A DNA stretch of 64,000 bases from the IMG/VR virus record IMGVR_UViG_3300042297_000490, one strand, 5' to 3'. The notes beneath the pieces are model-generated. The model was given only the letters and a program-made list of their open reading frames with translations. It was not told the origin of the DNA and did no database searches. Made by a program: the position numbers and the translations under genes. The stretch comes from an uncultured virus (IMG/VR IMGVR_UViG_3300042297_000490) (Duplodnaviria; Heunggongvirae; Uroviricota; Caudoviricetes). Shown one piece after another: positions 32,349 through 43,932 of the stretch (position 1 is the stretch's first letter; each line of letters opens with the position of its first letter).

Positions 32349-33384
32349 AATCTTTTAGTGCACTCTTCATCCATTGTACATCTATTGTATCTTCATAACA
32401 TAAGATATGAATAATTGAGGTATTATTAGGATTTAAACGTAAGAATCTACCAATTTTTTGTGCAAGTTTTTTCTCGTTAGCATAAGCGTGCATTATTATT
32501 CCTGTCTTTAAATCAGGTACGTTCGCACCTTCAGCAATTTGTTGTACTGATGATAACTTGAGTATGTCACCTGATACAAATGCATCAAAGTTTTCTGCAG
32601 ATTTTCTGTTTTTAGAATGATATGTATGCTTGCATATTTGATCGGCTTGTTCAGTATAGTCTGTGAACACAAGTGTCTTGGTTGTTTGTTGTTCAAGTAA
32701 CTGTTTAGCATATCTAACTTTGGTTGCATACGATTGCATTGCTTTCATTCGCATAATGCGTTTCATCATTACTTGTGCAGGTTTTGAATTGTCAACTGAA
32801 TTACAATGCATTCTATATGAATCCCATTCACTCATTTGTCCTCTACTTGTTGGTATAGATTTCTTTGTATCCAATTTCAACATGTGTACATAAATTCTAT
32901 ATCCATTTAATACATTGTCACTGATTGCTTCAGCAATTCCATATTCATATACTTTAGGAAAGAATTCAGATGCTACTTGACCTGACTCTGAATGAGCATG
33001 ACGAGGGTATGTTCCTGTCAACCCTAACACTGGACCATCATACATTCTAATCCAATCACCATGCTTTGATTTAGCATTATGACATTCATCAAAATATACG
33101 TAGTCGTATGTGTGTTTCTGTTTGTATAGCGATAAGTATGTGGTGAAAGTTATTTGTTCTAACAAATAATCCCATCCTCTTTCTGCTGCTTGTTTAATCC
33201 ATTCTTTTGCTATATGCAATTTAGGTACAACGACTAAAAATTCTGTTAGTTCATTGTATTGCGCATGCATGTGTTTTAATCCAAGCATAGTTTTACCTGC
33301 ACCAGTACCAAGAACAACGCCTGCATATTTTTCTGAACCTATTGCGTCAAGGCATTTGGCTTGTATGATGTCCTTTTGATTCAT
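32293..33384 (-). CDS. SF2 DEAD/H helicase
   Basis: GTGAGKT, DECH, GLTGT, EGANVP, QKIGRFLR. Confidence 0.88.
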   Translation of the reverse strand: MNQKDIIQAKCLDAIGSEKYAGVVLGTGAGKTMLGLKHMHAQYNELTEFLVVVPKLHIAKEWIKQAAERGWDYLLEQITFTTYLSLYKQKHTYDYVYFDECHNAKSKHGDWIRMYDGPVLGLTGTYPRHAHSESGQVASEFFPKVYEYGIAEAISDNVLNGYRIYVHMLKLDTKKSIPTSRGQMSEWDSYRMHCNSVDNSKPAQVMMKRIMRMKAMQSYATKVRYAKQLLEQQTTKTLVFTDYTEQADQICKHTYHSKNRKSAENFDAFVSGDILKLSSVQQIAEGANVPDLKTGIIMHAYANEKKLAQKIGRFLRLNPNNTSIIHILCYEDTIDVQWMKSALKDFDKTKIFRYDIRKTLGTI

Positions 33385-33388
33385 AATC

Positions 33389-33793
33389 TTATTTTAATAA
33401 TCCTAATTCTCGTGCTTCGATTGGATGAGAATGCACCCATTTATGACAGTTGGAACATGAATTCTTCCACGTCTTTGTATCCAGATAATTCGTTCCAGTT
33501 CTGTATGCGGTGTGATGTATCTCTGTTCCTATAGCGGTACATTGTGAGGTACTGATTTCACAATTAGGACTTTCGGATTGATATTTCTTGCGAAGGATTG
33601 TGTATAATCTATCTTCTACTTCTTTTTTCTTACTGCGTTTCTTAATTTGCTTTGGTGTGGATTGTAATGGTACGCTTTCTTTTCTGGAACAGGTCAAGCA
33701 CAGTTGGAACCGTTCTCCATCGACCATCTTGTTTTTAAAGATCGGTCTATCCAATCCACAGCCATTGCAAGTTTTAAGTTTTTGTTTTATCAC
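33389..33793 (-). CDS. HNH endonuclease-like protein with N-terminal Zn finger
   Basis: CxxC..CxxC; EIHH...CSNCHKWVH. Confidence 0.7.
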   Translation of the reverse strand: MIKQKLKTCNGCGLDRPIFKNKMVDGERFQLCLTCSRKESVPLQSTPKQIKKRSKKKEVEDRLYTILRKKYQSESPNCEISTSQCTAIGTEIHHTAYRTGTNYLDTKTWKNSCSNCHKWVHSHPIEARELGLLK

Positions 33794-35384
33794 AGTGCTT
33801 CGAAATTTCTAGGCAGAAAGTTACTACAAATTAATTTATCTATGACGTTTTCCTTGGTTAAACCTAGTTCTTTGAATGTCATTTTATTAATGTAAGTGTT
33901 GTCTGTTTCGAAATCAGCAGCGATTGCAGCAATCAACGCAGACTTTGGAAAAATAGCAGATAGTATAGCGTTTGCTTTCATATTAACTAACTCTTGTTTC
34001 CATAAGTTTAATGTTGTTTGTACTGCTCTATGACGCTTGGAAATCTTAATTTTCTTTGCGCTATTCATAGCATATTGTTCATCAGGTGCATAGAAATCTA
34101 ATCCCATTAGACATCTTTTGTACAATTCATTTTGTACAGGTGAAAGGTATTCATACCTTACTACCTTTGATTCATTAACGAATTGTTTCGCTTCTAATTT
34201 GCCAGAATATTCCAATTCCTGCAAGCTATTAAATCTTTCAGTGTTCATAATAATAAAATTTTGGGTTTGTTACTCTTCGGATGTATCCGGATTAAATACA
34301 AATAGATCTGTGTCTAATGTTGTAATGTCAATTTCAATTACGATGTCTTCTGTAATGTCAACTTCTTCAAGTGAATCTTCTGTTATATCGAAATTGTTTG
34401 CTGTAAATTCAGAACCTACGGTACTGCCAGCATTTCTTTCTTCCATGTATTTAAAGTCATCGTCAGTCATACGAAGGTATGCTTCTGTTGAAATATTAAT
34501 GACCTTGCCACTGGGAAGCTGATAAATCATAATGTAAATTTACAATTCAAACAAGTCTTCTTGTTCAGGTATGTAACTTGGATATAATTTAATTGTTGAT
34601 TCTATAGTTAAATTCTCAACGACTGCACTTACATAAACATATTTTGTGAAAGGATTTACGATTATAACTTTAACTTTTATTCTTTCATTTTCATCAAGTA
34701 AATCTTTGTCTTCGTAGTATTTACGATTAAGTTTTGGATAATTAGAAATACCAATTGGAATTTTAATCCAATCTCCTTCTTTAATCTTCTTATCCTTGTG
34801 CTCTGTTGGTTTATAATCCATTAATGCTATCCAACTATCTGAATCTGAATTTGCATCCATTAGAAGCCCTATAATCTGTGCTTGTTTCTTTTTGTTTAAT
34901 GAAAAGAACTTGGTTAACATAAGACTTCTTTCATTTTCTTCTGTCATGGTGTCCGTTGTTTATAGAATTATTTACAATAACAAATGTGCTGATTGCTGTT
35001 ACACTGATTGCTGGTGCTGAAATAAAATAAAATATATGGTATTTCCAATCAGGTATATACTCGCATGCTCCTGCTGAAACTAATGTCATTACATATCCAG
35101 CAATAAACCATTTAACCGATGTCGTCATGTTTTCTAAATAAATGGTTGATTATTATTAAAAATACATTGGTGCGAACACCTAACTTTTTTTCAAAGTTTA
35201 CATCGCCACGTTTTAAACTTTCAATATGTTTTTCTGCAGCTATACGTGTATCATAGAACACAACCTTACCTGATTTTTCAAGAAGGTATCTCCACACATT
35301 ATACCATTTGTTTTTGAATGCTATGTAGTACACCATGTCTGAACAATAGTAACCCATTTCTTCTTTTACAACTTTGTATTGCAT
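33790..35384 (-). CDS. Five hypothetical genes (33790-34248, 34270-34530, 34540-34947, 34931-35128 membrane, 35112-35384)
   Basis: Contiguous ORFs on the coding strand. Confidence 0.55.
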
Positions 35385-35893
35385 AATTCTGTTATTAATT
35401 GTTTGTAATTACTATTCTCTGCGTAACTTTTACACAATTCATTGATGTATTCTTCTTTTGTTTTTACTTTAGGAAAATATCTTGATTGATACAACGCGTA
35501 ATCAATTACACATTCTTTCCAACTTTTGAAATAAGCATACTGATTTGGCTTTCCTATTGAAAGTGTTGCCCTTTGCATGGCTTTCTTCATTCCGAATAAG
35601 TTATGCTTGGTCTTAAAGAGATGTGAATTGAAATTACCTGACTCTAACTTTGCTTGTTGGAATACAACTTCAGGAAACTTAATGTTGATAGCCTTCATGT
35701 ATTGCATTAATGCTTTTTCACTGAACTTATTACATTCACTGATGTATAAAGTCTTTTTGTGATAATGATGCGTTGTTTTTTCAATGGTAGTTGTGGATGG
35801 ACCATTAGTAATAACATAAATTAAAGGTGTAAGCAGCATTATGAACATTAAATGTAATTGTATTCTCGAAATTATTTCTTCTAACTTTTTCAT
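35366..35893 (-). CDS. Membrane-anchored glucosaminidase/GH73-like peptidoglycan hydrolase
   Basis: N-terminal TM helix; QAKLESG, NLFGMK, YAYFKSW, YAEN..Y. Confidence 0.8.
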   Translation of the reverse strand: MKKLEEIISRIQLHLMFIMLLTPLIYVITNGPSTTTIEKTTHHYHKKTLYISECNKFSEKALMQYMKAINIKFPEVVFQQAKLESGNFNSHLFKTKHNLFGMKKAMQRATLSIGKPNQYAYFKSWKECVIDYALYQSRYFPKVKTKEEYINELCKSYAENSNYKQLITELCNTKL

Positions 35894-35906
35894 ATATAAT
35901 TTAAAA

Positions 35907-36840
35907 TTAAGCCAAGGGTTTACCTTTAGCGTTATAATACTCTACAAGTTTAATCTTGTATTCTATTCTTCTTAATCTGTCGGTGATGTTATCCGATTTC
36001 CAATAATGGTCGGTTCTGCAATCACGCCAGTCATCTAAATCAAAACTTTTTGTTAACGATGCAAATGTACTCCAAGCGGCATCATATAATTGTTTGTATC
36101 TCCATGCTGGTATTCTTTCTTCTTCTACATAATCAGGATCTATTTCGGAATCATCTAGGTTGAACTCGTTATCCATTTGAATTAGTTTATTGATGTAGGA
36201 TTGATGATAGTAACAGCAACCGCAGTTACCAAGAAATGGAATAAAAACTTTGATACTATTCACCAACCTACAACAATGTTATTTAATCTTCTTCGGTGTC
36301 TTCAGGCTCACCTTTTTCCTTTGAGTACAACTTGTTGAAGTATGCTAATCTTTCAGCAATTTTTTTATTTACTGATTGTGAATCGTTAGCGTCCTTTGGT
36401 TTACTCGTTGTATCTTTTTCACGTTTAATGGAATCATCCACACGTTAAATATTAAATTGTTTTTTAATGTAGTTCAGTGCACCTTGCACCCAACTATTGT
36501 CCTCGTGTATCTGACATTTGTTAGATTTGGGATAGAATGTAATACGACTGCTTCCTACAGGAGATAGCACTATTCTAGTATATTCTTCATATATTTCTAC
36601 ATCTACACCTTTAGCACGAAGTTTTTCTACGATGCTTTGTTCATAGATTTTTGATACATTCTCATGACGTATTGCTTTCTTAACCTTACCCATATACGCT
36701 AGGTCATTGTCTTCTTTTGCTGCATCTTCTTTAAGTGCATTGACAATCCTTTTGTTAATGGTATTGACTAATTCTTTTGCTTCGTCAAGTGTATATGTAC
36801 CAATTAAATCACTGCAATCAATTGTTTTTTCCATAGCCAT
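35907..36840 (-). CDS. Hypothetical genes (35907-36266, a short ORF at about 36283-36441, 36445-36840)
   Basis: ORFs on the coding strand. Confidence 0.5.
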
Positions 36841-37750
36841 AACTTACAATTCTTTCTTCTTTTTTATTCTCTCCTTCAATAGTTTTACGATACTGTTTGA
36901 AACCTTTGAAGTTACCTGATTCATATACACCAGTTACTACTTGAGCAACATGTTCAAATGGGCTCATGTGCCCTGATTCTTTAAGCATGTCGTGCAACTT
37001 GATGTCTGATTTGTAATCATCTTTACCTTCAAAGTTCATATATGATACACGAGCACAACGAGCAACAGCAATTTTAATTTGTAAATCTTGTGTACTAAAT
37101 CTTTCTTTATCCATTAAATCCCAACACCATTGGTCGGTTTGTTTATCGTAATCAAATAGATGTTCAAATTTTGCTGTATTAATTTTATCACCGAAAGGAA
37201 TATGCCATTGACCTGGTTCCAACATCTTTGGTGTACTGTTATTCAAAGCATCTAATACTTTGTATGCAGCATCTTGAATGTGAATCTCTGCCATATCATG
37301 CGCACGTAGTGCAATGAAATTTTCCCACTCGGTTGCTGTAGCAATAATTGTGTGGTACAAGAAGGGTTCTAACAATCTATTACATAGTTGTTTGGTAACA
37401 CCTAATTCATTTAATGCTTTGGCTTGTAACATTGCTGTATCTCTAGCACTCAACCATTCAGATTGTATTGCTTCTTCAGCATCTCCAACATAGTATTTAG
37501 TACCCTGCATACCTGTATGTTCCTGTTGGAATCTTGTTGGTACGAATGGATTTTTATACACTTGTTCAAGCATTTTCTTGAATGGTATGGCTCTGGATGA
37601 TGCAGAATTTCTACTGATTGCACGATGCGTATTAAACTCGGCTAATACGATACGAGGTAACGTGATTACCAACGATGTAAGTCTATTACCTGAACGGTTA
37701 AGACTATCTGCAATTACTCTTGCTGTAATGTTTGGGTTATCTGTTTTCAT
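36818..37750 (-). CDS. thyX: Flavin-dependent thymidylate synthase
   Basis: AEFNTHRAISRNSASSRAIP, KQLCNRLLEPF, ARCARVSY, HMSPFEH. Confidence 0.9.
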   Translation of the reverse strand: MKTDNPNITARVIADSLNRSGNRLTSLVITLPRIVLAEFNTHRAISRNSASSRAIPFKKMLEQVYKNPFVPTRFQQEHTGMQGTKYYVGDAEEAIQSEWLSARDTAMLQAKALNELGVTKQLCNRLLEPFLYHTIIATATEWENFIALRAHDMAEIHIQDAAYKVLDALNNSTPKMLEPGQWHIPFGDKINTAKFEHLFDYDKQTDQWCWDLMDKERFSTQDLQIKIAVARCARVSYMNFEGKDDYKSDIKLHDMLKESGHMSPFEHVAQVVTGVYESGNFKGFKQYRKTIEGENKKEERIVSYGYGKNN

Positions 37751-38294
37751 TTAGTTTTATGTTTTTTAATATTTGTTCTGTTACATCTATAAAGGATTCT
37801 TCCATGTATTCAATTACTTCCATATCATCTGTTGATGGTACAAATAATTCAATATTATGTCTGTCTTCAATATGAAAACAAATAGTTGTAGCATCTACAA
37901 CTTCTTTAATGTCCAACTCATTTGCATTATACTTTACAAGAACAGTCAGTGTTATTTCAACATACTTGTCATCTAAATAATCAATGGTCATTGTATCGTT
38001 AAATTTCAATAACTCTTCACAAATTTCATTAAAACGTGAGTCATCTTCACCAACATAATCATTTGTAGTAATGTTACTGAATATGTATTCATCTTTCCAA
38101 GTTGCAAGTTCGAACAAATCATCTTTCATCAATCTTGAATCGGATCTATCTGCACGCATTGAGTCACCAATCCAACCAATTAATTCATCAAGGAATGATT
38201 CCCTATGTGTAATCTTCCAGTCTGATTGTTCATTCATGAATATTTCATCATCTATTTTAATTCCATTAATGGAATCTTCTCCTAATTTATACAT
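37737..38294 (-). CDS. Hypothetical acidic protein
   Basis: 185-aa ORF. Confidence 0.6.
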   Translation of the reverse strand: MYKLGEDSINGIKIDDEIFMNEQSDWKITHRESFLDELIGWIGDSMRADRSDSRLMKDDLFELATWKDEYIFSNITTNDYVGEDDSRFNEICEELLKFNDTMTIDYLDDKYVEITLTVLVKYNANELDIKEVVDATTICFHIEDRHNIELFVPSTDDMEVIEYMEESFIDVTEQILKNIKLNENR

Positions 38295-38322
38295 GGGTTT
38301 TGTTTTTAAATTACATAATAAA

Positions 38323-38502
38323 AAATAACTCTTACCTTGCCAGGGTTGTATTTTCAGGGCTTTAACCTGACGTATGGATCATAATGTCCATGCCTGCGCC
38401 TTCCATATTTCATAAGGTCTTATACTTACATTGCAAATAACGTACATTGGCGATGTACCATAACAATTAATTGCTATCTATTTGGTCCGTTAAGAGTTAT
38501 TT
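38323..38502 (-). ncRNA. Candidate ~180-nt multibranch structured RNA
   Basis: 12-bp perfect terminal stem AAATAACTCTTA/TAAGAGTTATTT enclosing at least five hairpins. Confidence 0.5.
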
Positions 38503-38504
38503 AG

Positions 38505-38650
38505 TGGTGAGAGCAGGAATCGAACCTGCCTATGCTATTAAGGTAACACATTTATCCGTTTTCGGTGCCTATTACACGTTGCCTTACCTTTTGCAACAAA
38601 CACTTCATCATTCACAGAGAGGTCTAACACCAGTACCTCCATTCCTCACC
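38505..38650 (-). ncRNA. tRNA-like RNA (146 nt) with expanded anticodon domain
   Basis: Acceptor stem GGTGAGG/TCTCACC-A, T-arm GCAGG-TTCGATT-CCTGC, D-like arm GAGGT..ACCTC, stem CTGTG/CATAG enclosing ~78 nt. Confidence 0.65.
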
Positions 38651-38697
38651 TGCGTATAATTTCCGAACTAATAAGTCATCCCATATACGCCCATTTT

Positions 38698-39198
38698 TTA
38701 TTCTTCAATCAAATGATTGTAGTTTGTACCATAGGTACTGTTTTTTGCAAGTTGCATTGCTGCTTTTTCATGACAATCTTGGTCATTGCTTGGTTTAATT
38801 GTTATATTTTTTGATTTTAATATTGCCTGTAATGTTTGTTCTAATGTATTGGCACCATCACTAATTTTAAGAGTTCCGTATTTTTTCCAATTAGTTGAGT
38901 CGTCAACTGTACCACCTAATAAAGCTCTTACAAAATCATCTCCCACATATACAACTCTGTAATCAGCTTCAAACGTGAATGCTTCACTATAAACTCCTTT
39001 ACCTACAACCAAAGGTACAGTTGCTTTTAAATTAGGAATTACAACGATCATTGATGCTTTTTTAACGAGTTTTGTGTCATATACGCCACCATTATGTTCA
39101 AGAATGTTAAATTCAGGATACTTTTTTATAGTGGTGCGAACTTGAAGCAAGTCATCCATACTTGCTTCGTTCGACTTACTGATGTAAACATTAATCAT
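38698..39198 (-). CDS. Nucleoside deoxyribosyltransferase/TIR-like fold protein
   Basis: VYISKS at the N-terminus, D..LVKKASMIVV, VGKGVYSE pattern. Confidence 0.4.
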   Translation of the reverse strand: MINVYISKSNEASMDDLLQVRTTIKKYPEFNILEHNGGVYDTKLVKKASMIVVIPNLKATVPLVVGKGVYSEAFTFEADYRVVYVGDDFVRALLGGTVDDSTNWKKYGTLKISDGANTLEQTLQAILKSKNITIKPSNDQDCHEKAAMQLAKNSTYGTNYNHLIEE

Positions 39199-42100
39199 TT
39201 GCTTCATCGTTACCATCGACCATCCATTCAGAATCGATTTCTTTTGCAACTTTGATTTCAATCTCTTTCAATCTAATGTCCATTTTCAATGCGTGGATTT
39301 GTTTAATCCATTCTGATGCATCAAATGATTCATCAACGACACGTAATGATGTAGATTCATCTGGTCCAATGTCAGTTAAGGCATTAAGTCTTTTGATTGA
39401 CTCACGCTTTTCTTTTTCTAACTGTGCAATAAATGCTGTTGATTCTGCAGCGATGTCTTCCATTGCTGTTTTTGCTCTTGCTGATAACACTGCTTTATTA
39501 TCTGCTGATAACATTCTTTCTAACTTGTTCATTTTCTTTATTTTAAAATTATTAATACTTGTTTGATGATTGATTGATGATAGTAACTAAAAAATAGTTC
39601 CTTCATCGATTATGATAAAGGAACTATAAATATAAAATGTTTATTGTACTTCTACAAATAAACCTTTATCATCTTGTTCAACACTTATTTCTCCACCCCA
39701 TTGAACATCGACAATGTTTCCTGCGGTTAAATCTTTTTTGATTTTCTTACACATTCTTTCCATGTCTTTCGGTGTCATGTTACCTTGTGCATTTACGTGA
39801 TCGTTCCAAATTATATACACACCAACTCTATACAATTGTGTTGAATAGTTTTCTTTAGAGCCATCTGGCAATGTTACCACTGCGGACTTATTGTATGTCC
39901 ATGTAGATTTATTTGCCATTACGCTTCAGTTGTAGGTTTTCCTGGAAAATCTTTAGTGATGCTGTTCTCTTCTTCTACAGTACTACCTGTAGTTAAGTTT
40001 GCAAACAAATCATCTGCATCTTTTTTACCCAAGTTTTGTTCAACGATTGAACGTAGTTGCATTGCAGCTACTGCAATTTCCATAAGGTTGCTACCATTCA
40101 ATGCAATCTTTAACTTTACTCCATCTTCTACAGTTGTTTCTGCGAAGTCTATGATAATTTGTGTTGACATACTTATTTTATTTTTTCGTAAATAGTTTCA
40201 CCATTGCTGAACCTTGCGGTAACAACTAATGGCATTGAATTTTCTGTAAATAGTTTTTCTGTTACTTCAATAAGAGAATCTTGAATGTTATCCACCCATT
40301 TCTCTGCATTTCTTGATTGAATTTTTCTTAAACCTGCATTCATATAGGTCATATTATCTTCAATTGTATAGTCTGTGTGTTCAATAAGTTCTGTTTCTCC
40401 TGCAAAGGTACAAGTTAAATACCAATCAAGTGAAGCACCTTCATAATATGCATGTCTTGCTACACAATTTATGTTTACTTGCACTTCTACATCTCCAAAT
40501 CCTTTACAAACATATAGTTGAAACAAAGGTGTGGATCCATATGATCGCAATGAATGCGGATCTTCCATCTCTAACTCTTTATAGTATTTGATGTTGTTCT
40601 TTATTGCTAATGCTTCTGCTTGCAATCTGATGTCTTGTATAAAACAATCTATATCCCATGTGTCTGGTGCAATAGTTTCTGTTTCACCTGTTTCATTTTC
40701 ATCCTCGTCAAGAATTTCTTGCTCATAGTTCATCATTACAGCGTAAGTATTGCGAGCATTAACTGTATAAAAGTTACTTGTTCCCATATACTTTAAATTT
40801 GAATGCACCCCAAAGGATGCTGATTTCTTTTATGACTTCTTTCTTTTTCTCGGTAGCAATAAGAGATTGTCCTTGTTCTGGTACAAACTCTTTGTCTATG
40901 TCGTGGTCAGCACCTTTTTCAGGCTTGTGAATTATAACAACTTGTTTAACCATAGGATCATCACCAGCAACTTCTTCCGCTTGTTTTTTCAACCTTGCTC
41001 TTGCATCGCGTGCTTTAGCAGCAGCATAATCAATTACTTCTTTGATTTCTTCCAACGGTTTTTTCATTGGTTCATCAGTTATGTAAAGCGCAGTTTGTAC
41101 TGGTTGAGGATTACTCTTAACAGGTGTACAGGAAATCAATTCAGGCTGTTTCTTTTCTACCGGAATTGGCTCAACAACTTTCTCACGTGCTGCATAGATA
41201 CCATTAGCATAATAGTAGGAACCTTTTTCATTTCTGATTTTGATACTTGATATGTCACCTTCTATGCACTCATGTTCAAATTTTCCTACTGATTTACACA
41301 TGGCTCTGTTAGGTGCTCTACCTACATCATCTATTGGAACATAAGAGATTCCTTTTTTGTAACGCTCACGAATTTCTGCAGTAATTGATTCAAGAGTCTT
41401 TTCAAATTCAATCATTTCATCTGTTGCTGATATATGAATAGGTGTTTCCTCGTATTGGAATACAACAGGTAAAGACTTGTATTTCTTTTTTAATACATTT
41501 TCTTTTAACCATTTTAATTTTTCTTCTGGCATACCACCTGGTATAGCATTAAAATGTGCAATGGTATCTGTTGTTTCTGAATCCAATATGTAATCTAACA
41601 CATGATCATCGCTCATAAACTCTAATAAACTTGTTGTGTTACACCATGCATCGAACGATAAGTCTGATATGTTTTTCTTTTCGTTCATGTGTTGTTCAAT
41701 TTTTTTGGACAACGACAATGCATTCTTCTCTTTACCGTAGATGTAACACTCTTCTAATATAAAATCAACCATTTCCATTGTAGGAAAGTTAGTTGTCCAT
41801 GTGTAGAAGGTATTGCCTGTCTTTTTGGTATAATGTTTAAGGATCATCATTGTGATGTTGTTACCAACTTTCAATTCTTTTCCTTTACTTTGAAGGTTTT
41901 TCTGCTTATCTTTTTTACATTCATTGTAGATATGCATCATTATTTCGAACACTTTTTCTTTATGTTCATTGGTGTATTCTTTTCTTCTGCTCTTGTATGG
42001 TCTTTTAGTTGTCATGCTTGTAGTAGTTTAGTTCGTTGACTCTCTTCCATTCTTAATTCAGTACCACTTTTGTGGTAGAATTTTGGTGTTATAGAAAAGT

Positions 42101-43209
42101 ATGCTTTTCTACTGATTTGTACGTCAACTGATGACGCTAAACAAGCCACTAAAGGCTCAATTTCGATTACATTTGTAACCCTTCTTTTAAAGTTTTTCAT
42201 GGGTGAAAATATTAAAAATTAATAATCAACTCTACCATTTTGGTAAAGGTCTTCTTGTCTGCATTTTATTTCTAATTCATCAAGGGATTGCAGGAACCCT
42301 ATGATTTCTTCTTTGAACTCTTCGACACCAACAAATGTTTTGACGATGTGTTCCAACAAAATAAAAGATGTATCATATAAATCAGCGTATGTATGTTTTG
42401 TTAACGGATTTAATGATTCTTTGAATGTTGGAAGGAATGTCATTATCGGTGCATAACGATGAATGAGGTACGACAACAATTCTGATGATAGTAACTCGTA
42501 CCACACGTTACCTTCTTGATACTGAATAGGCAAATGAATTGCCTTGCTTATTGGTACAAGACATATCGTACCTTCATTTTTGTTGACGTACTTGGTGTAT
42601 TGTAAATATTGCATAGCATTTAGTTATGAGTATAGAAATCTTCTTCATCAATACAATCGTAAATTATATCTCTTGAAACTATTGAATCTTCATTAAGCAT
42701 TTCATCGTACACGAATGTACCTGTCTTAATGTAATAGTAAACCTCTGCTCTATATGCATATTCTATTACACAATTAGGAGCTTGGGTTATGTTGTATAAA
42801 GGTTGACCTTCATGTTCGCCTGCTGGTGTTAGGACACCTGTCCATAACATCCATAAAAATTTTAAATTAATCATATATGATGATATTTATTGATTGTTTT
42901 AACTGATGTCATATTTTCTGTAGGATGACTTGAACCTATTGATGTTGGATATACACACTCTAATGGTAAATACATACAGTAATGTAACTTACCTGTATTG
43001 TGGCAACCATTGTCTTGACTTGATCTTCGCTTATAGTCAGTGAATACTGGTTCATCGAACTCTATACCATACTTATCTTTTGCTTCTGTGTACTTGATTA
43101 TAGTACCTACCTTACCTTCGTATAGGTTTGTATAGAAAGCTCTTGCTGCAAGGTATCCAACCTTCTTGTGCTTGCCATTTACTACAACTCTTGTTCCTAT
43201 TGGTAGCAT
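39191..43209 (-). CDS. Cluster of hypothetical genes (39191-39532, 39641-39919, 39919-40170, 40173-40808, 40774-42015, 42012-42200, 42219-42614, 42620-42874, 42871-43209)
   Basis: Contiguous coupled ORFs; no family recognised. Confidence 0.55.
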
Positions 43210-43296
43210 AGTCTTCTGTATTGTGCCAATGCGGCTGTGTAATTGAATGCATAGAAGGTCTTTCCGTCTATGATGTAGCGATGTTTCTTGAATGTA

Positions 43297-43932
43297 TTAG
43301 CCATGTTGTTTATCGATTTGTTCTTGAAGAGCATCCCATATAGTACGCGGTCTATCAGGCTTATTCATTAATGCTTCAAGGTCGAATTCGTATTTGTATT
43401 CACGCATCTCTTCCAATGCACGTTCATAAAATTCTACCATTGATTGAGCCATTGCTATCTTACCTTTATACTGGCGTACCTTTTCTTCGATCATCATTGA
43501 TAAGAAGTTAACACCTTCATTTTCTTTTGATACACGAAGGATGCTCTTCTCTATTTTTTCTACGTGTTTGCTGTATTCTTTGATAGCATCGTTTGCTTTT
43601 TTTAATTCTTCACGTAGCACACCGATACCATGTCCAATCAAGTCGATGTTTAAATCATCAGACTTTTCTATCTCTGGTATTAGTACCTCTAATATGAATG
43701 AAGCAAACCTTTCTTGGAAGGCATCCTTTATTTCTGTTTCACCTGTTGTATCGTAGTGTTCACGTTTCTTATCGCTACCTAGTACATCATACGCTAACTG
43801 AATTGTTTGGAATACTTCCTTGTCACCACCTTTATCAGGATGATTTTCTTTAACACCTTTACGATGGGCTTTCTTTATTTGTTCCTTGGTCGCATCTTTG
43901 TTGACACCGAGAACATCATATAGGTTTTTCAT
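43297..43932 (-). CDS. J-domain (DnaJ-type) protein
   Basis: LYDVLGV...IKKAHRK...HPDKGG...AYDVL..KREHYD. Confidence 0.88.
   Translation of the reverse strand: MKNLYDVLGVNKDATKEQIKKAHRKGVKENHPDKGGDKEVFQTIQLAYDVLGSDKKREHYDTTGETEIKDAFQERFASFILEVLIPEIEKSDDLNIDLIGHGIGVLREELKKANDAIKEYSKHVEKIEKSILRVSKENEGVNFLSMMIEEKVRQYKGKIAMAQSMVEFYERALEEMREYKYEFDLEALMNKPDRPRTIWDALQEQIDKQHG

Noticed and set aside
38505..38650. Canonical tRNA or tmRNA
   Set aside because: No 7-nt anticodon loop; 146 nt; no G3:U70 pair and far shorter than tmRNA
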